Shown here piece after piece: positions 11,476 through 25,259 of a stretch of DNA of 64,000 nucleotides. The DNA lies in contig NC_092672.1 of NCBI RefSeq assembly GCF_964355755.1, forward strand, positions 35,470,437 to 35,534,436, written 5' to 3'. Within the stretch, counting starts at the first letter, position 1; every line of letters begins with the position of its first letter. Below the pieces are notes generated by a model, which was not told where the DNA came from, did not search any database, and worked only from the letters and a program-made list of their open reading frames with translations. This DNA is from Antedon mediterranea (Eukaryota; Animalia; Echinodermata). A program made the translations under genes and the position numbers.

Positions 11476-12812
11476 TATTTTGTATGGATCGAGCGGGATG
11501 CATGCTAGAGCGGGATATAAATTTTTCGTTTATATATATTTAATTGATATTTTTTAGGAACTAGATTATTTATGTGGATATTTTTTATTTGGTTAATAAA
11601 TATTTATTGTTAATCATTAAATTAATTTTTTTTTTGTATTTCACAGGTCTCGGAGAAGGACTGTGTCTGTTCAAAATGGCCATTTATAAACACGTTTAAA
11701 TAGGCCTATTATATTAGGCATAATATTATATAAGGAATATAATAATTTACCTCTATTTATATGTACTGTAATTAATATATTATATAGAGAATATACGTCT
11801 GTCGTGTCTTTTATTAATAATTATGCAAACAATTACGTATGGTTTTAGGATAATAATAAAATATATAGATAATATGCCGTTATAAATCAATCTACCGGCC
11901 TACAGTAGGACTATGATGTACAATGATTGATGTGAGAATAATAATGTATGGATAATAAAGGTGGACACGATTCTCAAAGACTGAGGTAATCTGCACTGAT
12001 ATTTAAACATTTATATTTACAAACGGCGTATGAATGTGAGACACTGAGTTGCACTTACTTAAATTTACATTAAATGATTACTGTATTATAAATGAAGAAA
12101 TAAAAGATATTCAAATTAAAATCTATAGTATCGCCGACGTATATACGTAAATTATATATAAATCATACTGTCAACTGTCATCTTTACCTCGCCATGGACA
12201 ACGATCGTACGTGTTTTGTCCATGAGTTGACACACTAACAAGTGCGTGTTTTTTAAAAAGGGGAAACCCCGTCAGCAAAATAACGTATTGTGTTAGAGGA
12301 AACAGCTGCACGATCATAGAAGGCGCATCTCCAATATGGCTTATGTGGGGGGTTATTTCAGTTACTCGCCTTTTAACCATCCGCATATAATGATCATTTT
12401 ACTAACAACTATTTTAAACCTCAGAAATAAAAATATACACGTGATTTGCCTCAACAATAATCATTATACACTTAATATTATCCTACATAACGGATAGAAA
12501 TAAAAATAAGGTGATCGAATAGTATGTTGTTAACGACATGGATATGATATAATCTGCCACAGTATGCATAAGTATAAAAATGGATACGCTGACTTTACGG
12601 GCTATATCTATATATAAATTTACGTAAGGGCAAAATTCGGTAAATCTCGGTTTATTTCTAGAATTTCTACTCGATGGTATATAAAGTTGGTTCATACTTT
12701 CGGTACTGATTTTAACCATCTGATGTAACCCTGTTTACTAATTAAATTGAGTTAGGTAATTAGTTATTGACGATTAAAACGAATTTAGGTTCAACGATTT
12801 GCCCCAAATAGG

Positions 12813-13969
12813 AAGTAGTTGGAAGTAGACAGTTGACATGTTCATAGACGAAGGTGCATTGTTGGAGGATATTGATGTTTTGGACAGTTAATAATTTAAG
12901 GTCAGAGAAAAGCTCACTAGTGTGATCTAGGCGTGATGCACCAGAGATGAGGCAAATAGCTTTTTTTTTTTAGAATAAAAATGTTGTTAAGGGTTGAGAC
13001 ATAGTTGTTTGCCCAGACAATATTACAGTAAGAAATAAAAGGTAAAACAAGTGAATAATAAATCATGCGAAGGACTTCTTTGGGCAAGTAAAATGAAAGA
13101 CGATATAAAATTCCAATATTTTTCGAAATTTTAGTTTCGATTTCTTTAATGTGGTGTTTGAAGTTTAGTCTTCGTCTATTTCTACTCCAAGAAATTTGGT
13201 GTGCTTAACAATAGGAATTTTGTGAGCAGCAAGGTAAACATTATGAGTTTCGTTAATCAAATCTTGGTGTCGAAAACCAAAAAGCATAAAATGGTATTTG
13301 TTAATATTTATTGAAAGTTTGTTTGCATTGAAATAATCGTTCACGTTCTTCAATTCCCTATTAAAAATATTAAAAATGAAATCAAAATTAGTATGTGAAT
13401 AAAAAATGGTTATATCATCAGCATAAAGATAAAAAGAAAGGATGTCAGATGCATTTGGTAAATCATTGATATACAATAAAAAAAGAAGAGGGCCTAATAG
13501 AGACAAACAATAGGTTTGAAATCGGAAAATACATTGTTGATATAGGTGCATTAAAGTCGATTGGACAGATAATCTTTAAAAAGGTCAAGAGTAATGCCAC
13601 GGATACCATAGTTAAAGAGTTTTGAAAGTAAAATAGTGTGATCAATGGGTGATCCATCCATGTTTCTGTAATTGAAATAATATTGAAATTGAGGTTTAAA
13701 GATTGAATGCAATCATAGATAGAATCAAAATTTTTTTGCAGGCTTCTGGCATTAAAATGGACACAAGAAAAGTTAAATTGGGTTCTGTCATTAAACTGAG
13801 TGTTAAATTCATTTGGCAGGTAATAATTAGAGATATTTATGTCATTAAAAAAATTATCTGGGTCTATATCATCGAATTGTCTACTGTGTGTAGAGGGGTT
13901 AAAAACTAAATTAGAGAGTCGGTCATGATTATTATTTTGGTTTTGTGCTTCCATATTATTAACAAACAC
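12813..13969 (-). mobile_element. CR1-clade LINE ORF2 remnant (APE endonuclease start fused by deletion to RT C-terminus)
   Basis: FSCVHFNARSL..ISITETW (13463-13969) and LGPLLFLLYINDL..LYADD..KFLGVEID (13165-13551). Confidence 0.85.
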
Positions 13970-14994
13970 ATAAAAATAGTTAGATTTGAATAATAAAAAA
14001 GTATAAGCTTACAGCTTGAATTACAGTACTTTTTAGACATAACATAACTCACAAGTCTATCAACTATCAACATTAAGAAGTGAGTAACTTTGAAACAACA
14101 TTTGAGAATAGCAACTTTTCTCTTATATATATACATATATACACATTATATCACATGTAATATGTTATACAGCAGTATGATATGGTGCTGTTAGGTAAAA
14201 TTGTATCAATAATAATTGAGTTGATTATTTAAGTTTAAGTTAATACAATTTGGATTAATTAACAATATATAAATATCAGTAACACTTTTTTTTTGTTTTT
14301 CTGTTATTGTTTAGTATTAATGCATTATTTGTAATTCGAGTACTTGATTAGATAATAATTGATTATTTTCGAAAGCTGACATTCATTCGTATCTGAAAAT
14401 ACAAGCATAGCATTCATTTTATAATATCAAATGAAGTAGATAAATAATCCAAATATCAAAAAATTCAAAAGTATGATAAATATAAACAATGATTATTAGT
14501 GGAACAATAAATTACATCACTTTATATACGTGTATTAATGAGAAAAAACAAATGTCGTCTTGGCAGGATGTGTTGACCACCACTTCACGGCCATTCTTGT
14601 TTACAGATGCAAATACACGCCCATCAATTGACCAAACGTTGTTTGATTTAGAGTTCAGTTTAACTTGGGCAAGTAGATTGCGTTTAGCTTGAGTCAGATC
14701 CTCTTGTATAGATACTCCACTACCTTTCAGTTTTCTACGTGATATTAAAACATTCTTCCTGGTCCTGTATGCAGGTATATAAACTATACCAAACTGGCGA
14801 GTAAATCATGTTTTACTTTTTAAACCTCGCAACGTCTGGTTGAAAAGGCTACTCGGACCAATAATTTCTATTAGCCTAGGGCTTATTGCGATTTGGACGT
14901 TTCTGATTGGCTGTAGCCATGGACTATATTGATTAACACTGTTCTGATTGGTTGTAGCTTTGAATACATCTTCTCGGAACTCGTCCTTAATACA

Positions 14995-15920
14995 ATAGCA
15001 ATTTAGCACAGTGTTTTACTATATAACCAGATAAATAATAGGAAACATTTAATAATTTGATAAATGACATTTAAATAGCAATTTAGGTAAATGTCTTTTG
15101 AAATTAAATTAAATAAATTATAACCAATTTGGTTAGAGTAAAACACAATGATAAAGAATAGGAAACATTTAATAATATGATAAATTACATTTACATAGCA
15201 ATTTAGCACTGTGTTTTACTATAACCAATTTGGTTAGAGTAAAACACAATGATAAAGAATAAGAAACATTTAATAACATGATAAATGACATTTACATAGC
15301 AATTTAGCACTGTGTTTTACTATAACCAATTTGGTTAGAGTAAAAGCACAATGATAAAGAATAGGAAACATTTAATAACATGATAAATGACATTCACATA
15401 GCAATTTAGCACTGTGTTTTACTATAACCAATTTGATTAGAGTAAAACACAACGATAAAGAATAGGAAACATTTAATAACATGATAAATTACATTTACAA
15501 AGCAATTTATCACTGTGTTTTACTATAACCAATTTGGTTAGAGTAAAACACAATGATAAAGAATAGGAAACATTTAATAATATGATAAATTACATTCACA
15601 TAGCAATTTATCACTGTGTTTTACTATAACCAATTTGGTTAGAGTAAAACACAATGATAAAGAATAGGAATTTAATAATATGATATATAACATTTACATA
15701 GCAATTTAGCACTGTGTTTTACTATAACCAATTTGGTTAGAGTTAAACACAATGATAAAGAATAGGAAACATTTAAAAATATGATAAATGACATTCACAT
15801 AGCAATTTAGCACTGTGTTTTACTATACCAATTTGATTAGAGTAAAACACAATGATAAAGAATATGAAACATTTAATAATATGATAAATTGCTAGCACTG
15901 TGTTTTACTATACCAATTTA
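14995..15920 (+). repeat. ~101-bp AT-rich satellite, ~9 copies
   Basis: Unit AGCAATTTAGCACTGTGTTTTACTATAACCAATTTGGTTAGAGTAAAACACAATGATAAAGAATAGGAAACATTTAATAA..; itself partly palindromic. Confidence 0.9.
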
Positions 15921-16319
15921 GTTTTGGATAAAGAATATGAATTTAAAGAATGGATATAATATGATATGATACAATATGATTTTCTCCCAATTAGTAAGAC
16001 ATTTTGGAATACTGCGTGCGTAGTGCACCTAACAAGATCATGTTCGCTATTTAAAACTCACATTTTAAAACTGTAAACGCATAAATTTGCGGACATACTC
16101 GTAAAACACACTTCCAGAGATTTAATAATTTTAACAGTACTACAAAATCCATAATATAAAGTAGTATAGATTTGTACAAAAAGAGCAGAACAATTAAATT
16201 AACTGTCATTACATCTACTGAACTGTCTCATTACATCTACTGAAAAATTCATCGCGATGAATTTATTTATAATACACCAATCAGATCACACGCAATTAGT
16301 ATGGAATGCCAGTTTAGGC

Positions 16320-17150
16320 GATGATAAAATCGCGTCGATGATGCAATGAAAATTGCGTCGATGTGATGAAAATTGCGTCGATGAATATAGTATTGATGTA
16401 ATGAAAATTTAAGTCGATGTGATGAACATTGCGTCGATGAAAATTGCGTCGATGTAGCCTAATGAAAATTTTCATCGATGCAGTTTTCATCGATGAAAAT
16501 TGCGATCTCCCTGCCGGTATGATTTGAATAAGATGTCATGGATGCTGGACATCTGAATTTTATGTACTGAACTGGTGGATTAACGGAATCAATTAGCTAG
16601 ACGATATAATGTGTCCGAAAGGACAATAATGGATCCATTGCTAAAATGTGTTAACAATAAATCACTAAAATGTTAATCAGTGCATATATTTCAACATTGT
16701 TTTAGTGCGCGCTCACTGTGCGCTTGTCTATAACGCGCGCTAGCGCAAGCGGTAAACATGTTTATCATATCAAAATATTCAGAAACCGTCAATTTTTAGC
16801 AACATAATAACATTATTAACATCATTATTAACATCATCATTTACTTTACTAGTAGTTATTTTCATCATTGATTGAATTAAAACCATTTGGAATTTTCATA
16901 ATCAATTAAATTCATCACATCAATTTTCATCGATGCAGTTTTCATCGACGCAATTTTCATCGATACAGTTTTCATCGACGCAATTTTCATCGACGCAATT
17001 TTCATCGATGCAATTTTCATCGACGCAATGTAAATTGCGTCGACGCAATGTACGTCGACGCAATCTACATTGCATCGACGCAATCTACATTGCGTCGATG
17101 CAATTTTCATCGACGCAATTTCATCATCGACGCAATTTTTATCATCGCCA
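16320..17150. repeat. Two opposed arrays of 15-bp GATGAAAATTGCGTC repeats
   Basis: Array ~16320-16505 and reverse-complement array ~16915-17150; source of the spurious MKIAS/QFSST ORFs. Confidence 0.8.
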
Positions 17151-17425
17151 AAAACTTGTGTAAAACGGCGTTCCATAATTAGTGATGAATTGCATATTCG
17201 CCGTTTATTGTTGAGGCGCGTAAACAGTGTGCGCAATGCACGTTTTCTTCCCATGACGAGACGAATCGATATTCGACGCTTCGTGTGACGAATAATCGCC
17301 AAATTATAATTAATATAATTAATTAATGAAATAAGATACGCAGTTGATGTTTGCATCAATTGTTCTTTAGAATTAATACTTTCGAAATACAAAACAAAAA
17401 ATGTGTGGTGAGTGACGATATGTTC

Positions 17426-17466
17426 AATCATGGACCTATAAATTACTAATTTATAGGTCCATGATT
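17426..17466. repeat. Perfect 20-bp-arm hairpin, possible minimal P-like MITE
   Basis: AATCATGGACCTATAAATTA-C-TAATTTATAGGTCCATGATT; the CATGG..CCATG core is flanked by GTTCAAT/ATTCAAT. Confidence 0.7.
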
Positions 17467-19189
17467 CAATATCTGTAGCTTCAATTCAAACATAATGTAA
17501 CAGAAAATTCGAAGCGTAAAAAACGTTCGTTTACACAACACTTTTTTTAATACTTTATTATTGATTATTATATTATACAGGAATACTATTTATTTCCTCA
17601 TTTCTACCCAAGAATAAACAATTTTTGGATACAAAACTTTATGCATGTGAATTACATTACCAAAATATTAAAATGAGGATAAAAAAACATCGCGTAAAAT
17701 ACTCGTATTCAAAAGCTTCTGAAATTTGTAGATATATGTCATGAAAAAGAAATTTGACATTCCCAATAATTTTTTTTGACAAAAATGTAATATATGAAAC
17801 ATACAATTTACATAGTTTATCATTGTTTTTTATTAGAACCAATATGGTTACACAGTTAAACATAGTGATAAAGAATAGATACTTGTTAGGTTACTACCCT
17901 ACCCTCTAGTTTGAAGCGACATTATAAATTCATCGAGAAAAAAAACGTATCGTATTCAGAAACGTTTGACATTTTGTATAGATATGTTCAATAAGACAAA
18001 ACAAATTATAAATTTCAAGACAAATCGATGATTTCCATTATTTGCATTTTTAAAAATTCACACTTATGAAAGACCATACATTTTCAACATATTCGTTGTT
18101 AAACACAGTGAGTGATAAAGAATAGAACTGTTTTAGTTTATTTAACCCTAACCCTAGTTTGAAGTGATCACATATTTAATATTCATCGCTAAAAATACGT
18201 ATCGTCTTGAAAAACGTTTGATATTTGGTAGATATGTTCAATATAGGTTCTTACATCTATAATGCAAAAGAAATATCCTATTATAGTTTTATTTTGATTT
18301 CTGGGAATCATCAATGAAGTAAAAATGTGTTGGAAATGTATTGTCTTTCATCCATAAGTGTAAATGTTTAGAAATGCAAATTATTAAAATCACGAATTTG
18401 TCTTGAAACTTGAAATCACTGTGTTTAATTGTGTAACCAAATTGGTTCTGTAAAACAAGATGATAAACTATGTAACTTGTATTTATTATTATTACATTAT
18501 ATGTATCCTATAATGTAATATGAAAAATAAAATGTACATAGTTTATCATTGTGTTGTACTAAAACCAATTTGGTTAAAAGTTAAACACAGTGTTAAAGAA
18601 TGGAACTGTTAGGTTATTTAACCCTAACCCTAGTTTGAAGCGATCACATACTTAATTCATCGATAAAAATACGTATCGTCTTAAAAAACGTTTGAAATTT
18701 GGTACATGTTCAATATAGGTTCTTACATAATGTAAAAGAAATATCATAATTTGTTTTATTTTGATTTCTGGGAATCATCAATGAAGTAAAAATGTGTTGG
18801 AAAATGTATGGTAGGCCTATTTCATAAGTGTACATTTTTAGAAATGCAAATTATTAAAATCACGAATTTTTCGTGAAATTTATATTTTTTGTTTTATAGA
18901 CGTAAGAACCTATTAAACATATCTAACAAATTTCAAAAGTTTCTGAATACGATACGTACTTTTTCGCGATGAATTTATTATGTCGCTTCAAACTAGGGTT
19001 AGGGTTATATAACCTAAAACAGTATCTATTCTTTATCACTGTGTTTAACTGTGTCACCAAATTGGTTCTGTAAAACAAGATGATAAACTATGTAACTTGT
19101 ATTTATTATATTATTACATTATATGTATCCTATTCTTTATCATAACGTTTAGATAATAAGATATGTTTAATAAAATATTTTGCTATGTA

Positions 19190-19610
19190 AATAACATCAT
19201 ATAATAAATGTTTCATTATCATTGTGTTTTACTGTAACCAAATTGGCTATAGTAAAACACAATACTAAATTTGTATGTAAATGTATCATATTATTATATG
19301 TTTCCTATTCTTTATTTGTGTTTTACTGTATCCAGCACAGTGCTAAATATCATTTATCATAGTTAAAATGTTTTACTCTAACCAAATTGGTTATAGTAAA
19401 ACACAGTGATAAATTACTATGTAAATGTCATTTATCATATTATTAAATGTTTCCTATTCTTTATCATTGTGTTTTACTATTTAACCAAATTGGTTATAGT
19501 AAAACACAGTGCAAAATTGCTATGTAAATGTCATTTATCATATTATTAAATGTTTCCTATTCTTTATCATTGTGTTTTACTCTAACCAAATTGGTTATTG
19601 TAAAACACAG
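19190..19610 (-). repeat. Inverted copies (~4) of the 101-bp satellite
   Basis: Reverse complement of the 14995-15920 unit. Confidence 0.85.
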
Positions 19611-20014
19611 TATATTTTACCTCAGCAACATGTAACATCGCCGCAAAATTGTTATACGTTTATTTTGATTGGCTAACTAAAGTACGGTCTAATGAATATT
19701 GATATCAGAAGATTCCCTAGCTTAGTGAAAAAGTTTTATTACCAAAAATATGATTACGTCACTACCGGAAGTTGTAGTCTAGCATGATGCAGACGCAATT
19801 GATTATGTACGTTTGTTAAACATATAAAAAGCTGTAAATTACCACAAAACGACAATAGGAAAGAATTCAAAGAAATGCCCTACGTGTTCAAAATCATTGT
19901 TTTAATATAGTCTGTATGTATAACTAACAATTGACCTTGTGGAAGAGCGTATAAATTTAATTTAAAGTAAAACATGATTTACTCGCCAATTTGGTATTGG
20001 ATATATAGCTCCTG

Positions 20015-20485
20015 TATGAGGTAAACTTAATTGACTAGAATGGGTCTAGGTCACCGTGAACTTGAGTTCCGTGGTCCGTACGGTGTGATCGATCGATGTC
20101 AAGTTTGTTTACATCGACTCCGAGCTTACTGCTGGCTAATTTGCATATGATTTTGTCAGTGCTTTCTTTATCGGTTTCTGGAATTCCAAAAACTCTGACG
20201 CTGTTAATTTATTTTGCTTATGTATACAGTTTTTATTTCGTCTACATATGTATGAGGTAAACTTAATTGACTAGAATGGGTCTAGGTCACCGTGAACTTG
20301 AGTTCCGTGGTCCGTACGGTGTGATCGATCGATGTCAAGTTTGTTTACATCGACTCCGAGCTTACTGCTGGCTAATTTGCATATGATTTCGTCAGTGCTT
20401 TCTTTATCGGTTTCTGGAATTCCAAAAACTCTGACGCTGTTAATTTATTTTGCTTATGTATTACAGTTTTTATTTCGTCTACATA
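20015..20485. repeat. 236-bp tandem duplication abutting the TIR element
   Basis: TATGAGGTAAACTTAATTGAC.. starts at both 20015 and 20251, near-identical. Confidence 0.9.
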
Positions 20486-21122
20486 AGAACTAATAGATTC
20501 CGACTCAGATTCTATATTTGAAATTTTGTTTTCAAGATCGTATAGAATTCGCCTTCTAACTTATCAATTCTGTTTAATGTAGTTTCCATGGTAACCATGA
20601 TACTTCTATGAATGTCTTACTTGAGAAAGAATCCAGTACTAGCTTACCAATAATATCAGCAATCGTTGGTCCCTGGAACGCCTTTTTAATGATATCTTCA
20701 ATGAATAGAACCATATCTGGACTATTCATAACTTCCGACACTGACAGACGGTTTTGTTTTGATTGTCTTGTTGTTGTGCCCGTCGCGGCGGGAGTTTCCT
20801 TCGTGTTTGCGGCCAGGGGCTAGCTTTGACAGATCGTTTAAAGAGATCAGTAAACAGTACCAATAAATACGAGAGGCTAAACTCAGCTGATGTAAAAAGA
20901 TATGAAGCTTGTAGACCTGTGAGTTTTTAGTAGATGTACAGTTATATCATTTTACGGTATATGAAAAACACGTAGCCTGTACTACTTCTACTCCAAGCTA
21001 CAGCCTTTACTGTTATGCTCCATCCCACCCATGGTGGACTGGTTCTGTACACTTATAATTTCGTATCATATTATCAATGTATAATTGCAATTTCTGGGTT
21101 CCTAAATCTGAATAGAACGGTC

Positions 21123-23462
21123 TCAAATAACCCTAGAACCAGGGAGCCTTGGCTCCCAACCTTCGTCGGCGCCACCACTGTTCATAATTTCATACCAATT
21201 TTCAGACAGTGGTTTTTTGAAATATTCTTCAATGTCTTGCTGAATGCATTTTTCAAGAATCATTTTTTTACTCTCCTCTTCTGCTTTATTCCGTAGTATT
21301 ACCTCAAAAAGAGGTACAATTCCAGCAATGACAACAGCTGCATATAGCTTCACTTGTTTTAACTGGTTGAAATCGTCAATGAACTTTAGCGTTGAGAACC
21401 CTACCCAAATTACTAGGCTCAGAATTAGAAGTTGCATGATTATAATTAGAAGTTGGGTCTCTGGTGGTCTATACTTTGTTACAATGGTGTAAAAAAAAGT
21501 CTTATCAATAGCAGTCAAGCCTTCGCTATCTTGCCGGATTACCGGTAAAGGTGTGCTATCACTTGATGGTACAGATTCAGGAGGTCTAACTGAAAGCGTA
21601 GGTTGTGGAGTGGCACCAGATTCTACTGATTGTTCATTCACGTCTAATAATGATGTATTTTCATCAGGATGTTGATTATTAAGGCGGTCCTCTTTGTTCT
21701 GATTTATAAATTGTGGAAAAGGGGACAGTTTATCACCAGAAACGTGCACCTTGTTATCTTTGATTAACTCATCAAATGCCAAAATCACTTGCTGCAGCAG
21801 AACCACATATCCTTTGTAATAATCTGATATAATTGAAATGACGTAACCAATGACAATTAAAATGATCGCTGCAACAACTCCAGCAGTACCAGGGTTCACC
21901 AGCAAACCGATGTAGAAGTACCAAATAATATCAAATATGTACCCAATGGTGCATCCCACCTTTGTTAACAGAACAATCTGCATAGAAAAACCACTGCCTA
22001 TCCAAATAATAGATGTGCATATCACAACTCCTACTTTTCCACGAATATGTACCGAGCCTACTGAAAATAATAGCAAGAAACGGCAGTAAAGATAAACTAT
22101 TGGTATTGACATCAACATAGTGGCAATACCGTAGACTATCAAGAACGGTACTGCGAGAAAACAAGTAGTAATAATGTATATTACTTTATTGTTTATTTTA
22201 AAACAGTCCCGAAACGCGTTTAACCCATTCTTCCAGTGGGAAATTGAAACAATCGACATTATCTTCTCTTTCATTTCAAACGAAAGTTTGTGTAAACCAC
22301 TGTAATTATTTTTTGGAAGTTTCAGTATCTTCCAAATCCAAAGAAATTTTCGATATTTCGGAATTGTGTGCAAATTAGAATAGTTATCCATTAAATCAGT
22401 TTCAAACCAGACTTGACACGTTAAACAGGTTATCAACAGAAGGAAGCAAAGAAATATATATAATAAATTAATGAAAATATGTCCCTGGCAAAACGTTTTA
22501 TCAGGCCTACACTCTGTCATGATTCCAGTGTTCTTTAGCGCTGCACGGCGATGGTAAAAAGAATCGCTGTCCAAAACATTAGCAATGATGTAAGGTATAA
22601 ATTGTAGCAAACCGACAAGTGCCCATATTATCAGCCAACGTAGAATAAAAATACAGTTATACTGATTTCCACTATGTAATAGAAAATACTTAGGGCCCAT
22701 TGGTAGATCTGTCCGTAAGCTCAAATATTCTTTTCCCGTCTCATTCATTGGCTTTACGTGACACAAAAAGGAGACAATGAACCAAATAAAATAGAGTGTG
22801 AATATAAAACTAAGCCAGTTAAATATCTTATACAAGGAATGTTTCATAAATTTACTAAGTTCAACTGACCCATCTTCTGAAATTTGCCAGCATTCAAAGT
22901 AGGTACTGCTTTGAAGAATAGAGTAATAACCCGCAGAGGCTAAGTGAATATCCCATGGGCTAAAATTGTCAAGCTGTCGTTCAATACAAACCTCTTGTTT
23001 TGCATCTTTGTCACCTTTGAGTTGAAGAAGGGAATTTGCGATTACGTTCAATTTGTCTTCGTTGTCAACTTCAAAGAAACACTCGGGTACGGAGGTGACG
23101 TTTAAGGAGATGTGTTCCACACCAGGAGATAGAGTTCCGAGTGATAGAAATTCAAAATCAAATGGAAAAGTCAAGAGGAGTTCACCGATTTCTCCGACAG
23201 CCACAACCCAGTGGTTGACGTCAATCACTGTTGTATTTTCATAAAAATCAATTCCAACAGAATCAGAAGCATCAACAAAAGATAACAACTTTATGTTGAT
23301 AAAGACAGCATCACCTTCCAAGAGTTCTTGCAAGACATCTGTGCCATCCATCTCCAGTAGACAGGTAGTGTTATCGGATTGGATCCTTGCAGAGTTGTCT
23401 CTGGATGACGTCACAATGCACATGGTTGACAAAAGAAGTAAGATGCTCCGAAAACGTGGCAT
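21123..23462 (-). CDS. Uncharacterised multipass membrane protein, copy 2 (779 aa, intact, single coding exon)
   Basis: Uninterrupted ORF; signal peptide MPRFRSILLLLSTMCIVTS; NxT sequons and 4 Cys in the ectodomain; ~9-10 hydrophobic segments; three paralogues in window. Confidence 0.9.
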   Translation of the reverse strand: MPRFRSILLLLSTMCIVTSSRDNSARIQSDNTTCLLEMDGTDVLQELLEGDAVFINIKLLSFVDASDSVGIDFYENTTVIDVNHWVVAVGEIGELLLTFPFDFEFLSLGTLSPGVEHISLNVTSVPECFFEVDNEDKLNVIANSLLQLKGDKDAKQEVCIERQLDNFSPWDIHLASAGYYSILQSSTYFECWQISEDGSVELSKFMKHSLYKIFNWLSFIFTLYFIWFIVSFLCHVKPMNETGKEYLSLRTDLPMGPKYFLLHSGNQYNCIFILRWLIIWALVGLLQFIPYIIANVLDSDSFYHRRAALKNTGIMTECRPDKTFCQGHIFINLLYIFLCFLLLITCLTCQVWFETDLMDNYSNLHTIPKYRKFLWIWKILKLPKNNYSGLHKLSFEMKEKIMSIVSISHWKNGLNAFRDCFKINNKVIYIITTCFLAVPFLIVYGIATMLMSIPIVYLYCRFLLLFSVGSVHIRGKVGVVICTSIIWIGSGFSMQIVLLTKVGCTIGYIFDIIWYFYIGLLVNPGTAGVVAAIILIVIGYVISIISDYYKGYVVLLQQVILAFDELIKDNKVHVSGDKLSPFPQFINQNKEDRLNNQHPDENTSLLDVNEQSVESGATPQPTLSVRPPESVPSSDSTPLPVIRQDSEGLTAIDKTFFYTIVTKYRPPETQLLIIIMQLLILSLVIWVGFSTLKFIDDFNQLKQVKLYAAVVIAGIVPLFEVILRNKAEEESKKMILEKCIQQDIEEYFKKPLSENWYEIMNSGGADEGWEPRLPGSRVI

Positions 23463-25029
23463 GGTTTGAGGAGTCGAGTAAATGACTCTGAAAATAATCA
23501 GATTCAGATTCGATGTATTAAGTCATTCATACATAGTATAATGATAATTGTTTTCTTGGCAGAAAAACACAAACAAAACAATACACACATAATATTTACA
23601 TTCATTATCAACATGGAACTAACAACAACAACTGATCAAGCAATATAATATACAAAAGACCTAATGACCTATCCTTGGAACTCATTGTTGTGTAGTCTAA
23701 TAGCGCTAGGTAAGAATTAAAATTTATGTTTATTTGTTTTAACTGTTTTAATTAATCAATTAATATACCTACATTTTGTAGATTAAGTTTTTTATGGTAC
23801 TATTGTTGTACTTATTAATCCATGATTCACGTAGCTTGTCCCATATAGGGGTAATTTGTGTGGTCCTCTTTAATTTTAACAGGATTTTTGCCAAATAAAT
23901 CATACCTTACGTTACTGTACTTTACACCCCCGCATGCATTCAAGCTAATCACCTATAGTAACCTACGATTAGTATATTTAGGCCAGTTGTAAATCAAGAG
24001 AACATGTTAACTTATATTGAAGTTGAAATGTCGTAATGGTACACAAATAACTGAAAAAACATTTAGTTTTATAGGATACTTAGACGCCATTTTTACTCGA
24101 GCTCCTGTGAAATCTGTTTCGGAAAATTGAAATTGTATAAAAACAAAACACTATGTTCAATAAGGCACATTAACATGGATTTATTTTGTGAATATCTAAG
24201 CAAAGGTATAGATGCGAGTGGAATAACTTACCAGTAATAACTTACCGCAATAATAAGTGATCAAAACGAAATGATTACCAACATTTACACTATTAGAAGA
24301 CTAGTTGTAAAGAAGCAACAGCAAACGACAGAGGTCTGTATTATGTAATTTGAAAAGTATTAGTAGTCTGCCTCATTTGAACTAAAAAAACGTGGTGAAA
24401 TAAATATAAATGGTCAAATTTCTATGAGAGAAATAGATATAATTTTAACATGAAACGATATATTGAAACGATATATTAAAATGATACATTGGTGGTTATA
24501 AATTTCGAAATTGTAAATAATTACCTTGTACGACGTGCATGGATATTGGCTGTACAAATCAAAGTGTCGCGATCCGAATGTGTTCACATTACTACAGTCA
24601 AAGCATATTGATCGAATCGTCGATAAACTCAATAGTTCTCTTTTCAGAATTAATACACGTGGTGTACCGCTAACTTTATATCAACAATACACACGTTATC
24701 ATCGCGCAGGTGAACACATTATTATGCAAATTACTTTGGGGACGGAAGAAGGGACTGAAGTTGACACCCGCCTAATGAACGTTCTTCAAACAATATCACA
24801 CTACTTTCTATGAATTGCCAGTCAGTTAAAAATAAAGCATCTACCGGTATTATCACTAAATTGTTGTGTCAGAGTGGATTCGTTATATGAGTGTTTTTCA
24901 TGCGAATTGGTTTATACTGTAAAGGCCTACCGTATTTTTATTTTACTAAAGTGAAACGTGTTCTTTCACGTAACGAGACCGTAATGCAAACGTTTTAAAT
25001 TCAATTCAAAACTCGTACATAAAAAATAT

Positions 25030-25243
25030 CGGCGGTATCCTGTCGGTGTCTTGTCGGCCAATAGTCTGTCGGCCAAATGTCTGTCGGCTAATTGTCTGTC
25101 GGCTAAATGGTTTTCGGCGAAATGTCCTGTCGGCGAAATGTCTTGTCGGCGAATTGTTCGGTCGGCGAAATGTCCGATCGACAGATAGTCTGTCGGTCAG
25201 TGATCTGTCAGCAAAATGGCGTTCGGCAAAACGTCCCGTCACC
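25030..25243 (-). repeat. 15-bp TGTCGGC-type subterminal tandem array of a DNA-transposon fragment
   Basis: Repeated AAATGTC..GTCGGC; the segment ~24858-25243 is absent from the paralogous locus at ~34900-34945. Confidence 0.6.
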
Positions 25244-25259
25244 ATCACTGATATACTAT

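Larger units (their letters stand above)
14772..20014. mobile_element. 5.2-kb non-coding TIR element with 4-bp TSD, filled with satellites
   Basis: Ends CAGG...CCTG; TIR core ATACCAAACTGGCGAGTAAATCATGTTTTACTTT; TSD TATG at 14768-14771 and 20015-20018; no convincing ORF. Confidence 0.85.
14520..20830 (-). mobile_element. ORF1 of the same CR1-like LINE, split by a 5.2-kb insertion
   Basis: Minus-strand NSVRVFGIPE (~20420) and KFTSY|RTRKNVLISRRKLKGSGVSIQEDLT..WSIDGRVF read continuously once 14772-20014 and one TATG are removed. Confidence 0.75.

Noticed and set aside
14995-17431. Regular repeat arrays as CRISPR; MKIAS/QFSST ORFs as genes
   Set aside because: No unique spacers, no cas genes, eukaryotic context; these are satellites and subterminal repeats.
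18143-19006. TAACCCTAACCCTA telomere-like motifs
   Set aside because: Only two units each, embedded in duplicated blocks of the TIR element; not an interstitial telomere array.
21123-23462. Calling the family a GPCR, TMC channel or other named receptor
   Set aside because: No diagnostic motifs recognised and more than 7 hydrophobic segments; needs profile or structure search.
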